Part shown: positions 63,251 through 64,000 of the stretch, in pieces
Layout: the number at the start of each line of letters is the position of its first letter
Numbering within the stretch: position 1 is the stretch's first letter
Origin: the human T2T-CHM13v2.0 reference genome, Homo sapiens
Assembly (NCBI RefSeq): GCF_009914755.1
Contig: NC_060942.1
DNA: 64,000 bases
Reading direction: 5' to 3' (one strand)
Notes under the pieces: model-generated
Databases searched by the model: none
What the model saw: only the letters and a program-made list of their open reading frames with translations
What the model was told of the DNA's origin: nothing
Made by a program: the position numbers and the translations under genes

Positions 63251-64000
63251 TAGCTCTGTGCAGGGCCAAGGAACACAAGAACCACAAGAAACATGCAATC
63301 TGCCAAAATACTCATTACAGCTCACTCTCCTCTGGTGACATTTCCCTGAGGCACATTCCTGTTGGTTTCTTCCCCTCAAGAAGCATTCATCTTTCTCCTT
63401 CCTATAAAAGCCAGGATTTTCTCAGATAGCCACACCATGCCCCATGCAAAGAGATTTGGATTATTCTATCATCTTGAGGCATTTCTGTGGAAACTGCTGT
63501 CAGTCCAAGTGGCCCATGACCTAAGCTGACCCAAGCCGACTGAAGGGAGGACGTATTCTATGCATGCTATGCAGTTCCACAGGGTGCTGGTTGTCCCAGC
63601 TGCTGCTGGTGGTCTTCATGTAGCCAAGGTATCACTAGTGCATATGGAGAAAACAGAGCAACTGGAGAGAAACTGAGTAGGTAAAAGTGGGCAGGGCTTG
63701 GTGATGTTTGGGGATATGATATGAGCAATAAGACAGAGGATGGTCTTAGGAAAATCTCCTGTATTTTCCTTTTGGACAATGGTATAGATGAATAAAAGTT
63801 CCAATCACTGGGACAGAAAACACTTGGAAAATATGAGATTCATTCAGGCAAGCCTTTTATACACTATTCCATAATCAGTTTCATAAGTGAAAGGGAGTCA
63901 GAACTCATTTCTACCTTGTTTGCTCCTATCATACTGTGTTGTACCCTGTTGGATCTACTTATCACATTCCTCCTGCTAGTGGACTTACCTACTAATGTTT

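Overview
Primate (human or great-ape-like) genomic DNA with no intact protein-coding gene that I can support. Much of the window is retroelement-derived. It carries about 20 Alu/FLAM copies, a full-length decayed L1PA7/8-type element (14762-21973, minus) interrupted by a MER11 solo LTR with a 6-bp TSD, older L1M/L2/MIR/MER fragments, and several solo LTRs. The right two-thirds looks like a segmental-duplication mosaic. It contains an orphan CpG-island promoter (~23.6-24.6 kb), a 27-bp minisatellite with higher-order structure (37.5-38.4 kb), a disabled unprocessed copy of LONRF2 exon 1 (43.1-43.9 kb, minus) fused to a truncated L1, and a diverged ~300-bp GC-rich tandem array (50.6-53.8 kb). 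The most unusual signals are that array, a cluster of nested perfect AT-rich inverted repeats near a likely junction (22.9-23.0 kb), and a set of minus-strand splice signals that could join the blocks into a chimeric lncRNA. Repeat family names come from my recall of consensus sequences, not from a search, and many boundaries are approximate. I found no convincing novel protein-coding system.
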